A DNA stretch of 64,000 bases from positions 14,756,001 to 14,820,000 of the forward strand of contig NC_047073.1 of NCBI RefSeq assembly GCF_902459465.1. The letters are read 5' to 3'. Numbering within the stretch: position 1 is the stretch's first letter; every line of letters starts with the position of its first letter. Under the pieces are notes generated by a model. It did no database searches. It was not told the origin of the DNA and saw only the letters and a program-made list of their open reading frames with translations. The position numbers were made by a program, and so were the translations under genes. Shown here piece after piece: positions 22,991 to 47,749 of this stretch. This DNA is from Asterias rubens (Eukaryota).

Positions 22991-23409
22991 GCATGCCTGC
23001 TTCTCGAACACGTTGTAGCCGCGTCCTTCTTAGCTGCGAGTAAGGACGATTAGCCCCCCAAATTATTATTTATTATTAAATCGGCTGTTAAATGGAAGGG
23101 ATTAAAGTTAATCCAAAGGATTGTAAATAGGGACCAAACCATTTTTAGATTTAAAATTATAATTGAACTCATTGTTCCTGTATTTTGAACGATCCAACGG
23201 AACGCACGCGGAACGCTGGTCGGTCTCATTCTTCGTGAGCTCGATCAATATTGAATTATCTATCTACCATTTCTGTGTGGAGCTGTATTTATGGTAGTTT
23301 GTCATCGTCGTATGGCCACTAACGCCGTCAAGTTCAGAGGCGACGTAACACCGAGGGAATACTATAATACTTCTCTGCTACTTTAGACAAGATTGCTTTT
23401 TGAGCCATC

Positions 23410-24009
23410 ATGTCATTATCGATTCGCTGTCTGCACACTCGACCGGACCTGATCGTCTCGTGCTCAAATCTGTTGAAAAGCGTCTGGCCCTGTTCCAGGA
23501 TTGAGCGTCTGCAGCATTTGGAGAACGAGAACTGCACTGGGTTCCCGTGTTCGTTAGTTCTCATTGACCATGGAGAGAACCGGCCAGATTCCGTAATCGG
23601 ACATTTCCGGATTGTTCCGGTAAAGTTCCCGATTCAACCGAATAGCGTGTATCTTGAGGCAGGTTGTGTAGACAAATCCAGACAATTGGAGGGATTGTAC
23701 AAACAAATGCTGAATTTTGCCGACAAATATGCGTTTGAAACCTTGGAGTGTCAACAGATCTTTGCGTGGATTTTAAAGAATTCGATCACGTTTTTCAAAC
23801 GTGGAGGATTTGTTGAATGCCCCGACTTTACGGTCCGAGCAGTTGGAGCTAATGCACTGGAACCATTTGGCACCCCGAGGTTTTGGACCAAAGACACACC
23901 GCCCCCTGATAACTTGAAGTTCGCCCCTGATGGTTTCATCATTACGAAGGACGCCTTGCTGAACACGGTCATGATGAAGAAAACGTTTCGAACCAAGATG
24001 GAACTTTGA
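23410..24009 (+). CDS. NAA80: NAA80-like GNAT N-acetyltransferase copy 2, intronless, 199 aa
   Basis: Open ORF with good start context (ATCATGT); LHTRPDLIVSC, WP, FPCSLVLID, VIGHFR and terminal VMMKK motifs. Confidence 0.85.
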   Translation: MSLSIRCLHTRPDLIVSCSNLLKSVWPCSRIERLQHLENENCTGFPCSLVLIDHGENRPDSVIGHFRIVPVKFPIQPNSVYLEAGCVDKSRQLEGLYKQMLNFADKYAFETLECQQIFAWILKNSITFFKRGGFVECPDFTVRAVGANALEPFGTPRFWTKDTPPPDNLKFAPDGFIITKDALLNTVMMKKTFRTKMEL

Positions 24010-24735
24010 CATGCTTGGTTTTGTACTTGCAGCCCCCCCCCCGCCCCCAACAGAAACAATACATTCTAGCTGTGAGTGACGTACATTAAATACCAGTCTG
24101 GTGTTGTTTACAGTGGTTGTTTGTTTGCTTTTATATTACTCATCTCGGCCTGTATTCGAGAAAATGTTAACGTTGAGTTTTCTTAAGGAGTGCACTGGCT
24201 TAACAAGAAAATTGTGCACTTTTTGAGAAAAGCATGACAATTCTAGGATACTTAGGTTAGACCATAAGATACATTTTTAGATGTGGAGGGAAGTCAGATT
24301 TGACATATGATGACCTTGAGAGGTCAAAATCCAAAATGGCCGCCAATCTGCCTGGTCTAATGTTAAAACACGCTTAGATTTTGCATGAAGGTCAAGGTCA
24401 AGGTCGAATTAGGTAAACATGAGAGTGTTTTTTTTTTTATTACTTTGCCTCCGTTTTAACACTTAAGGAGTCATTATAAAAAAAATTAAGACCCATGGAT
24501 GTTAAACCTAACCACCACTTTGACTATCAAGGGCCCAATTTCACGCACGAGTTTCTACTTAATAGTGCTATACATGTACATGAAAATGCATGCTAAACCT
24601 TCTGTTGCTTTAATATTGCACAAAAATAATGAAAATACCAGTGCAAATCGATTGCGTACGTACGCGCTAGTTGGTTAAACCTCCTTAAAGTTTAAGCTCC
24701 TCACCACGTGGAACAAAAATACAAAACAAATTAAT

Positions 24736-24840
24736 ATGCGACGGGGGGGAGAAAAAATGCGACGGGAAAAAAAGTGCGACGGAAAAAAATGCGACGGAGA
24801 AAAAAAATGCGACGGAATAAAAATGCGACGGTAAAAAAAA
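24736..24840. repeat. Tandem AAAA(T/G)GCGACGG motif x6 (probable transposon subterminal repeat)
   Basis: Read directly. Confidence 0.75.
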
Positions 24841-25260
24841 ATTGGAATAAAGGTGGCACATATAGAACTCCATACTACGGTACTATTGTGATGGGTCGAT
24901 AAAGCACGGGGTTAGAGGTTAAAGGGTCAATTTTTGGGAGGGATTTACCTACCCGTAGAAAATGTACACGGGAGATAAGCAATGGCAGCCCCCATGCCAG
25001 AACCCGCGTATATGTACGCGCGGCCGATCTAGTTATTCTGTTCTATATCTATGCTTTAAGCCGATATGCGTGCGTATAAAGATGTACCATATATATATAA
25101 TTAATATCACTTTTTTCCAGAAGCCTGAACCTTCAGGAACAGTCAAAAACTAAATTTGGTCGCGACTTTTTGCGACTTTGGAAAAATATTCAATTTTGAA
25201 TTTGTATACCCCTATGAGAGACGCCTGTTTTTTACTCAACCACCTGTATGACGCGTGTTA

Positions 25261-25440
25261 CATCTTGGTTCCACAAGTTTTCTTCATCATTACCGTGTTT
25301 AGCAAGGCGTCATTCGTAATGATGGAACCATCGGGAGCGAACTTGGTTCCAGTGCATTAGCTCCAACTGCTCGGACCGTAAAGTCGGGGCATTCAACAAA
25401 TCCTATCCGTTTGAAAAACGTGATCGAATTCTTAAAAATC
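25261..25440 (-). pseudogene. Inverted 3' fragment of the NAA80-like gene with a 52-bp internal deletion
   Basis: The reverse complement matches codons of about 121-197 of copies 2/3 (KNSITFFK...VGANALEP, deletion, then ...TCGTKM). Confidence 0.9.
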
Positions 25441-25679
25441 CTTTGCCACTTCGCACCCTGGACGCTTCGTACCGACTTATGACATTTCGTACCTTGGACA
25501 CTTTTTTGTACCTTGGACACTTCGTACCTTCTTACAAGACACTTAAGAACCTCGTACTAAGTAAAAGGTCTTGTTGTTTTTTTTCTCAAGCTAACAGACC
25601 CTGCGAATTCAGTTGAAACTTTTGCATGCTTGTGACTTTATCTTTATGAATATTTTTTTAATTTAAATCTAAAGCCTCC

Positions 25680-25869
25680 AGCCTGGTTCATACTTCCTGC
25701 GAATGTGAATTCGATACGAATTTTACGTGAATTTTACATCACAACAACTCCTGTTTTCGCTGCTATATTCGCACATCTCAATATTCGCACGTAACGCAAT
25801 TTTCGCACGTAAACTTTTGATATCAACATTCGTATCGCAGTCACATTTGCAGGAAGTATGAACCAGGCT
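25680..25869. mobile_element. MITE with AGCCTGGTTCATACTTCCTGC TIR
   Basis: About 40-bp imperfect terminal inverted repeat. Confidence 0.85.
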
Positions 25870-27666
25870 TTACTTGAAAAATAAAACAATCTAGATAGGA
25901 CCATTCGGGTAATTTTTTTTTGTAACAATGTTAGGTACGTTTTGCTCAGTTGCCGATGATAATTATGTTGTCATTCATGTAGTTCTTGATTTTAACAAAC
26001 TTTGTTTCAGAGACAGAAAAGACAGTTCAAATGTGAACTTAACAACCAGTGAGCTTTTCGTCAAAAAGATCTTTGCCAGCCAATAGTAGCCTATATGTAC
26101 AATAATTTTAAGATAAAGAGTAAGCATTGTTCAATTATTGCTTTACGGGGTTCTCATCAAGATAAATTACATTATTTTAATCAATATTCAACGACAGACC
26201 AAAATAATACTTAATGTTGTATTGCAAGTTGCTTGTGATATTTAGAGATAATAGGGAAAATAAGAAACTAGTTGAATTAGAAAGTATAATGTTTACAGAT
26301 CTCTAATTAACTGGGTGTTCCTGTAACTACTTTTTTGTTATTAATTCTCAGTGCTGACCTAGCATTAAACATTTATTTAAATAATTAAGACTCTGTAAAA
26401 TGTGGATAAATGCATGAGAAATTCCTGCAGCTGAAAGAAGAAATCAAATAAATAAATTAATTCATGAAACAAGAAAATAATGTTGCAGTGTTTTTAATAA
26501 AAATGTTGTTAACAATTGACCAATCTTGACAGAATAAAAGCATGTGAGAATGGGCAAGTAATGGTGGTCATTTGAAGGCAATAGTGTTTCTTTAATAAAG
26601 GTGTAAACCACGGCGCATATCTACTATTATTTTCGGAGGAATGGCATAATAAGATGCTTCAAAATATAATATTGTAATGGGCTTAGCCATTGTACGGCAG
26701 ACCTACTTTAAACGAATCCCTTTTAGACAAATGCACAACCATTTGAAAAGCCTGGCACCTCAATGTTTACCCAACACCGCATTAATCAGTGTGACGTTTG
26801 AAGTTGGGTACAAGACATGACTGCTATGTACGGAAACGCTAGGCAAATGCCTAGCGTTTCCTTACACAGCAGCTGATTGGTTACACAGGTTACATAGGAC
26901 AGTGAGCAGTGTCCATGTTTTGACCAATCACGTGTGGGCTCTCATTTTACAAGCGAGACATGGCGGACTTCTCGAGTCTGAACGGTCACGCTGACGAAGA
27001 CGGATTCTTTTGGTGAACTTGACTGTTTCGAGTGACCTTAGAAATAACGAAAACAGCGAAAGACTACATTAATAGTTTACCTAACAGTCCATCTGTAAAA
27101 TTCTTTTGCACGACTTCGTTAAATATTTAAAAAATGACGTTTTTGGAGACCCTTATTTCTGCACAAAGAGGGTAACGTTTTTTGTCTCATATTTCTTATT
27201 TTTTGATATATAAAATTATGAAATAATTTTTGTAGGTACAATAAAACCCTTTAGCGCCGTTTTACGAGAGTTTTTGTCTGTTACAGTGTATAATATTCCC
27301 GAATTGGATTTTTTTTAAATGTGTCCTCCGAGCTCATTATATATTCATAGCCGCGACGGTCATGAATACGTAACAAATGAAATAGACCTTATGCACATGA
27401 CGTCATTTCAGCACGGCGCCCCCGCATTGAGGTTAAAAGGAGGTTGTTCATTGGCCAGTCTATGTGCGTTTCGATTGTTTCGTCACCGTTTGACCTCAAA
27501 GATGACGTCAATGCATAAGGTCTATAAAAGGTTTTTCTGACCGGTGTTGACCCTTTCTGTGTGGAGCTGTATTTATGGTTGTACGCCGTCAATAGTGGCG
27601 ACGACACCGAGGGAATACTATAATGCTTCTCTGCTATTTTGGACAAGATCTCCTTTTTGGGCCATC

Positions 27667-28266
27667 ATGTCGTTATCCATTCGCTGTCTGCACACTCGAC
27701 CGGACCTAATCGTCTCGTGCTCGAAGCTTTTGAAGAGCGTCTGGCCCTGTTCAAGGGTTGAGCGTCTGCAGCATTTGGAGAACGAGAACTGCACTGGGTT
27801 CCCGTGTTCGTTAGTTATCATTGACCATGGAGAGAACCGGCCAGATTCCGTAATCGGACATTTCCGGATTGTTCCGGTAAAGTTCCCGATTCAACCGAAT
27901 AGCGTGTATCTTGAGGCAGGTTGTGTAGACAAATCCAGACAAATGGAGGGATTGTACAAACAAATGCTGAATTTTGCCGACAAATATGCGTTTGAAACCT
28001 TGGAGTGTCAACAGATGTTTTGGTGGATTTTCAGGGATTTCATCTCTTTTAACAAAAGTATAGGGTGTGTTGAATGCGCCGACTTTACGGTCCGAGCAGT
28101 TGGAGCTAATGCACTGGAACCATTTGGCACCCCGAGGTTTTGGACCAAAGACACACCGCCCCCTGATAACTGGAAGTTCGCCCCCGATGGTTCCATCATA
28201 ACGAAGGACGCCTTGCTGAATACGGTCATGATAAAGAAAACTTGTGGAACCAAGATGGAACTTTGA
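27667..28266 (+). CDS. NAA80: NAA80-like GNAT N-acetyltransferase copy 3, intronless, 199 aa
   Basis: Open ORF with 21 amino-acid differences from copy 2; homology to copy 2 extends about 150 bp upstream and about 80 bp downstream. Confidence 0.85.
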   Translation: MSLSIRCLHTRPDLIVSCSKLLKSVWPCSRVERLQHLENENCTGFPCSLVIIDHGENRPDSVIGHFRIVPVKFPIQPNSVYLEAGCVDKSRQMEGLYKQMLNFADKYAFETLECQQMFWWIFRDFISFNKSIGCVECADFTVRAVGANALEPFGTPRFWTKDTPPPDNWKFAPDGSIITKDALLNTVMIKKTCGTKMEL

Positions 28267-30580
28267 ATTTTATTTTTATTTTTTTCCTTGCAGCCCCCCC
28301 CCCCCACACACACACACTATACATTGCAGCTGTGAAGTGACGTACATTTTCACCTGTGGGCTATCGACTTTGGCCGTGTAGTTATATGCTTTGTGTTTTT
28401 TGGCGTTTAAAGTGGAACTTAAACCCATCAAACAAAATGGAACATTCAACCTCGGTGATTTCGTCTCAATCAAAGCCATGAGTTTTGGCCCTGAGTGCGG
28501 GATGCTGGTTGCTTGACAAGATGCCTTCATCGCAATAAGAAATACTGTATAGAACAGCTACCTGAGCGGAATGTTTTCAACGGAAATGGTGTTTTAACTT
28601 GTTTATAATGCACCGGATCATCATTTTAATGTAATTTTTATATGGTACACTTCTGAATTTTTCGCAATTATCGACTAAAACATCAGGCACCAACCTAAGG
28701 TTTTCAAAAACTAAAAACACTAACCTTATGCCGTTGACGGCGCGCGTCAAAGGACAATGCCGCTGACGTCATCTCTGGGAGTTTGCTTTGTTATACCTCC
28801 ACGCTGTATTAACAAAGCGGCTTTACAAATTGGAGCTCCCAACTATGACGTTTTGAGAGTGATTACGTAACGGGCCTTTTCGCAAATCTCCCAGAAAAGC
28901 GCTGGATAGCATTCGAAATGATTGTTTTTTTACACAATTGAAATTGAAGTTGAAATTTATAATCATATGACTCGATTTCCTTATTCATTGAAAACATTTT
29001 AAGTGAAATTCAGCAAAGTTCACGACTTGACATTTTCGTTCAAGCAGATCTTTAACACTCGTGTATAACCTGCCCAAAAAATTGTCAGATTATGTACGCT
29101 TGCAGCTGATTTTTTAATTTTTTTTGTTTTCCACCAAGAAAGTATCCTATTGTTTTACGTATTATCATCTTACTGGTTCTTAATTTGATAAAGGCTGGCT
29201 GGTCCTGATTGTTTGGCACGTTGCATTGGATTGGGCACGTTGTGCTATACAAAAGGCGTTTGAAAGCGTTCGTTTGTTGGAAGAGTGCTTTAGAAGTATA
29301 ATAATCCACACAAATGCTTCAAGATTGTGTGGTTTTCCTTTTACTTCGTGAATGTACACGGTCCGCTGATTTGCAAAACCAAAATGTTGACTCGACAAAA
29401 TACTGGACCAACCGAATACTGGATTCAGCTTTAGGCTAGCTTTGCCCGCGGTTGTTTTGACAATTGCGCGTGCTGTGCGCATGCGTAGGCTCAGACGAGA
29501 GGATGGAGCCTGAAACCGAATCAAAAGCCGAAGCCGTCTTTTCGAAAAGGGCCGTAGTTCACGAAGTAAAAGGAAAACCACAACATTTCGAGGCATATTA
29601 ATATGTGAATCTTTATGTTCTACAACTCAGTACATGTATATTCATTTCATAACAAACGCTGCCATACGCTTTCTGTAGCCCAAAGCGCCCAATCCAAGGC
29701 GATTATGTATATATATGGCTTGATATTATGTTATTGTTTACCCGGAACTTAAAGAAGGCACTTTGATTGACACGTTTGGTAGTTGTTAAAGACCAGTATA
29801 TTCTCACTTGTTGTATCCCAACATAATTATGCATAAAATAACAAACATGTGAAAATGTTGGCTCAATTGGTCATCAAATTTATGCAAGAAAATAGTGGAA
29901 GAAAAAAACACCCTCGTTGCACTAAAATTGGTGTGCTTTCAGATACATAAATAAAATACCTCAGCTGAAGTATTTCTTTATTAGAATGACAAATAACCTA
30001 CTAATTTTGCTTTTTACCCATACACCGATGTGTGTTAGCAATGTATATTCAATACTTTCCCCGAGTCCTGTGAAAAAAAATATCACAGGCATAATTATTA
30101 CTCGGGTTGGAATTTACCTTTTTCTCCAAAACTTACCAAGTAAGTTTGTATGCTATTATAACACTTGTTTTGAGTAATTACCAATAGTGTCCAGTGCCTT
30201 TGAAGAGTCTTTTCGAAACCTTGTCGAGTCGGCTTTCATCTTAAGCGGCTGTGTCCATCTTTCTGACTCTCAGCAATAAAAAGCGTACATTTTGTGAAAC
30301 TTGCTGACGGAGCAAAAAGCCAGAGCCAAACCCGCGGTTTCGACAATACACTTTTTAATAAGCCTTTGGGCATGACTGGTTTCAGGCTTATCTTGATTTT
30401 TATATCCGACAATATTACACAAGAATTCCTTTGTTCTATGTAATTCACTGTTCACTTTCTTATGTAATATTGATGTTAACCAACATTAACTACATGCCTG
30501 GTGGCGACAAGTTTTGTAAACCGACATTAAATACAGATGCCTGTTGGTGACTTTAGTGATTTGATGTACACCGTTATTAA

Positions 30581-30959
30581 AGGCAGTGGACACTATTGGT
30601 AATTACTCAAAATATTTATTAGCATAAAACCTTTCTTGGTGACAAGTAATGGGGAGAGGTTGATGGTATAACACATTGTGAGAAACGGCTCCCTCTGAAG
30701 TGCCATAGTTTTCGAGAAAGAAGAAATTTTCCACGAATTTGATTTCGAGACCTCAGGTTTAGAACTTGAGGTCTCGAAATCAACCATCTAAACGCACACA
30801 ACTTCGTTTGACAAGGGTGTTTTTTTTTTTCATTATTATCTCGCAAGTTCGATGACCGATTGAGCTCAAATTTTCACAGGTTTGTTATTTTATGCATATG
30901 TTGAGATACACCAACTGTGAAGGCTAGTCTTTGACAATTACCAATAGTGTCCACTGCCT
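30581..30959. mobile_element. TTAA-flanked non-autonomous DNA transposon (Kolobok-like), family A, best-preserved copy of at least 12 in the window
   Basis: TTAA|AGGCAGTGGACACTATTGGTAATT ... AATTACCAATAGTGTCCACTGCCT|TTAA. Other copies (approximate): 4705-5052, 14012-14145, 18415-18790, 19946-20710 (two), 29790-30198, 33722-34070, 38452-38790, 44850-45325, 46029-46424, 52214-52512, 56830-57160, 62105-62455. Confidence 0.9.
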
Positions 30960-31629
30960 TTAACTATATACCTGGTGGTTATTTTAATACAGGGGCTTAC
31001 TAAATTGATTATGGACCAAAAGCCTCATTATAACATCTAGAAGAAAAATTTTTTTGCAGACATTCTTTAAACGTATTTGTGATAGTGGCACCGTTATAGT
31101 TTGCAGTAACATCATGTTTTAGTAGATGACATTATTTTTAGGATTACACGAAGTATACTCAAATTTAAAATTAGCTTGCGGTGATTTAGCATACTATGTG
31201 GTCATCTTTTATAAGATTATATAACTTCATGCAGATTGTCTATCTTGAGCTTTGTGAGTTGCATATGATGTGATTTGTTAAACGAATAAACAATTATTGT
31301 AACACTTATACTGTATAGGGGTGTCTAACTTCATTGTACGTTTATTTCAATGTTGTCATTTGAGTACAACAAGAATATCATTTAACACCATTACATTATT
31401 TGTCATAACAAAACAGACTCATATTAGAAAATTATGTGTCGTAAAGGTAGAGTTAAGATACAGAATGACAACATAGGTTTGGGCGAAGCACTGCTCTCTG
31501 TACCCTAACCTTTGAGCAGACAAAATAGACAGGGCACAGGCCATAAACAACTATAATGACAAACAAACGAATACACATAAAAAGTAACATATTAAACTAC
31601 CGCAATGAGTCAATGACACATAATGAATA

Positions 31630-44041
<12,412 letters not shown>

Positions 44042-44482
44042 CACCAAGCTAGAGAAATTACGCTCCGACTGGATGATGTGAAATAAGGTCAACTTCGAAG
44101 AAAGGGATGAGATATTTGTTCGTGAATTGTACAGCTCTGTCTGGTACTTGAACCACTGCGGGGAATTCTATTTAACAAACTGTGTAGCTCTCCATACATT
44201 CATCACATTTAAATACTTCTTAGGATGACACTTTCAGACGATTTCTGGACAAAGCAAACCGGAGTTAAAAACACAGCGTACCAAGACACAACAGAAAAAG
44301 GTGAACCAGGATTTCGCTAAAAAGTACCACTTCGAGACAGGATCCGTATTGCCGTGTTGCCACCAGTCAATTCATCAAGACATAACACGGAGTTTAAGGT
44401 CAACACCATGACAACTTGGTGTCAAATTGCCCACCCCGCGTCTTTTCGTTTTTCAAAGTCAATTGAAACAAAGGTCTTAGAA

Positions 44483-44597
44483 GGGGAAACCCCTCGCCAC
44501 CCCAATCACCCCCCGCAGAGGTCATACGTGTGTTATGTGCCATTTCATAATTATTTTTTAACATGTGCAAGCACACTGTGAAAGTAAATTGACGTCA
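44483..44597 (-). promoter_or_regulatory. Candidate kappaB site (GGGGAAACCCC, 44483-44493) and CRE (TGACGTCA, 44590-44597) upstream of the SRCR gene
   Basis: Motif matches 440-560 bp upstream of the ATG. Confidence 0.3.
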
Positions 44598-45029
44598 CAA
44601 CCTCATGCCCTGAGGCCCAAAGAAAAGCTGCGTTATTGTTTTAGATTCGTCGCGGTGCGTAGTCACAGTGTGACGAATCGGATAAGGTGCAGTTTTGAGT
44701 AAAATCACTTTTGAATGTTTTGACATGTATTCATTCACCTACATTATCACTTGCCGAATGGAAGGTATGTTTTTAAGAATATTTGAGGTAGCATTATAAC
44801 CACTCACTCTCGGTCGTCAACTTCGCCCCATTTCTCACTTCCTTTGGTAATTACTCCAAGTAATTGTTAGCACGGGAGAGCTGTTGATTATTTTGGAAGC
44901 AGCTCCCTCTGAAGTAACGTAGTTTTTGAGAAAGAAATATCTCATCCCAAATAACATTCAAAGACTTCAGGCCTGAAGCTTTTTTTTTAGGCATCTGAAA
45001 GCACATAATTTATTATGATTTTGGAGGTT

Positions 45030-45160
45030 GAACAAAGAATTGACAAGAGTGGGATTCGAACCAACGACCTCCGTGTATTAACGTGCCGGCGCGCCGGCGC
45101 CGCGGCGCTCTACCAACTGAGCTATCTAGCCCTATGTTCGCGGTGTCCCTATTTTGTCAA
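45030..45160 (-). mobile_element. tRNA-derived SINE; related head-to-head pair at about 60500-60600 (-) and 60640-60740 (+)
   Basis: GATAGCTCAGTTGGTAGAGC A-box and GGTTCGAATCCC B-box with a disrupted anticodon arm. Confidence 0.7.
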
Positions 45161-45881
45161 TATCTTTGTTAATAATAATTAATTTTGCAATAAAAGGATG
45201 TTTTCTCTTCATATTCTTGCAACTTCGGTGACCAAAGTCCAAATTTTCACAGATTTGTTATTGTATGCATATGTTGGGATACACCAAGTTGAGAAAACTG
45301 GTCTTTGACAATTACCAATAGTGTCCGAGTCCACCCATGATTTTTTTTTTAAGGTCCTCATCACATGTCTTCCTTTGTTTCTTCTATTGTTCTATCCATT
45401 TATCCCTCTCTGCCACATCAAAATAAGAAAACTGACACCCTCCCGACAGCTTACGGCCTGCCGTTACGCAGTCGTTTTCTCCGGTGGGGGAGGGAGATCC
45501 ATTTACCGGTCACGTTTCGACGAACCACGCTGTGAAAACAAGTCAATAAATCTCCACTGCTGTTCCTCCCCAACTGCGGGGGGGAAAATCCAATCACCCT
45601 GAGTACAATCATTCAGCATCATACGATGAAGCAAGGTCACGTCTTGGAAATTTGAGTCAAGGATCGAATTTGGTCGTTAAAAAAGCACGGAGCTGACAAC
45701 TTTGGATTTCACAGAGTGAGTCCCACTCTGTATGCGACCCAAAATGAAACAAACCCACTTGAAACTTTAACAGCGACAAAACAATAATCTTGTCAAGTGG
45801 ATTCCATTACTGTCCCTATTTATCAACGAACCCCCAAATCAAACAACCAAACAAACAAACAGACAATGAACCCCCCCCCCC

Positions 45882-45913
<32 letters not shown>

Positions 45914-47749
45914 GACCGAAAACACCAACAACATTTCAAGCATAAACATTTCAATTATAGTTAAGACACAAAATCCATGGGAAAAGTGCTAAAAAGAGAA
46001 CTTTGCGGTTCCATATAGGGGCAATGGCGGAAAGCTCATACCCTTTAAAGGCTATCGGTAGTTACTCAAAATAAATATTAGCATAAAAACGTACTTGGTG
46101 ACGAGTAATTGGGAGAGGTTGATATTAAAAAAAAACCATTGCGACAAACGGCTCCATCTGAAGTGACACAGTTTCGAGAAAGATGTAATTTTCCACAAAT
46201 TTGATTTCGAGACCTCAGATTTAGAATTTGAGGTCTCGTAGTAATCAAGCATCTGAAAGCACACAACTTCGTGTACCAAGGGTGTTTTTTCTTCTTTCAT
46301 TATTATCTCGCAACTTCGATGACCAAATGAGCTCAAATTTTCACAGTTTTTTTATTTATGCATATGTTGAGATACACCAAGTGTGAAGACTAGTCTTTGA
46401 CAATTACCAAAAGTGTCCAGTGTCTTTAAACAAACCGCGCTGATTGGCATTGACGGCCGAATGCACGCCAAACATGTTATCGTATTATCAGATACTCTAA
46501 CCAAATTCAATTTTTTTCTGCTGAACTTTCATTTTCAACTGAATAAAATACATCCCAAGATTGGTTGCTTTGTTTCCAATCAATTCAACACTACGTTTAA
46601 TAGTTGTGTGACATTATTTTACAAACTGTGGCCATTTAGTTTTTGTTTTGCATTTATGGCTTTTCGTAGTTTGCCAGTCTCGGTTGGCAAAACTGGTTAT
46701 TTCCTGAATTTTTCAGAGCGAACTTTTAAACATGACGTCACCAACTTTACATACCATTGGTACCGATAAACTATAGTTGACGCCCTCTGTTGTTGGAATT
46801 GATCCAAACATTCCTGTAGACGGTCCTCATCGTCGACTATAATACAACACGGTCGCAAATCAAGACTGAGGGCTCTTTTAGAAACCGCGGCTTCGGCTTG
46901 GCTCCACCCCCTCTCGTCTGACGCCATGAGCGCGTACACGCAAAACACGTGCATTTGTCAAAACAACCGCGGAGCCAAGCTATAGTCTGAGCCGAATCCA
47001 AAGCCAAAACCGTGGTTTCTAAAAGGGCCTAAGAGCTAGGGGCCTCGATTGTAAACTGTGTATAGGCTATACTATACTAGCGTAAGAAAGGAGCAGAGGA
47101 TACTGAAGGGGGGGGGGGGGTAGTCATCCTGGTCATACATCCAAGTACATGTTCATACAGTATACAAATGTATACATGTAGGCCCTTCGTCTATGTCAGA
47201 GCCTGTCCTAAATAACGCGGTCAAATCTGCCACCAGCTTCATTGACAGATTTAACACTGACCCCACCAATCATCTTCCAATTGGTATGACCTTTGACCTT
47301 GCCCTGGATTCTCGGAACAAGCTCTGTCGGGGTTCAATGTCGTCATCCTCCTCGCTCAACTCTCGAAAGTCCTTCTGACTCGGTCATCCTGTTTCTTTCT
47401 CCATGGTTATCCCATGAAAATAAACTAAAATTTTAACTTCACTGCAACTTGAGTTTGTATCAGAAAGGTGTGAAACATTTTAAACGTTTTGTTGTTTGTT
47501 GCTAGCCTGGTGTACGAAGATTAATCATGGATAGGTTTTAAGAGTCATTTGCTCTAGGATTTTACCATTATTGAGGTTCTATGCTCTATCGTGGGATTTA
47601 GCCCTTAACCTTTTCCACCAATCGACATTTCTTTAGATGCTTTTCGATACTGAATCAGCCAGCTAGACCACATGGGCTAGAATTTTAACTGGTCCTATAT
47701 TAGTTTTAACTGTCATTTGAGCCAGCTGTTAACGAGACGCACGACGCTG

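Noticed and set aside
26832-26861. Perfect 14-bp hairpin GGAAACGCTAGGCA-AA-TGCCTAGCGTTTCC
   Set aside because: There is no CTRR end for a Helitron, intrinsic terminators do not apply here, and it is probably transposon-internal.
27544-27666. 41-codon N-terminal extension of NAA80-like copy 3 in the ORF track
   Set aside because: It starts at a non-ATG codon and is not open in copy 2; the shared ATG is 27667.
45030-45160. tRNA-like sequences here and at about 2030, 5440, 22770, 32150, 60520-60720 and 61550
   Set aside because: They have broken cloverleaves and continue into shared repeat bodies, so they are SINE heads, not tRNA genes.
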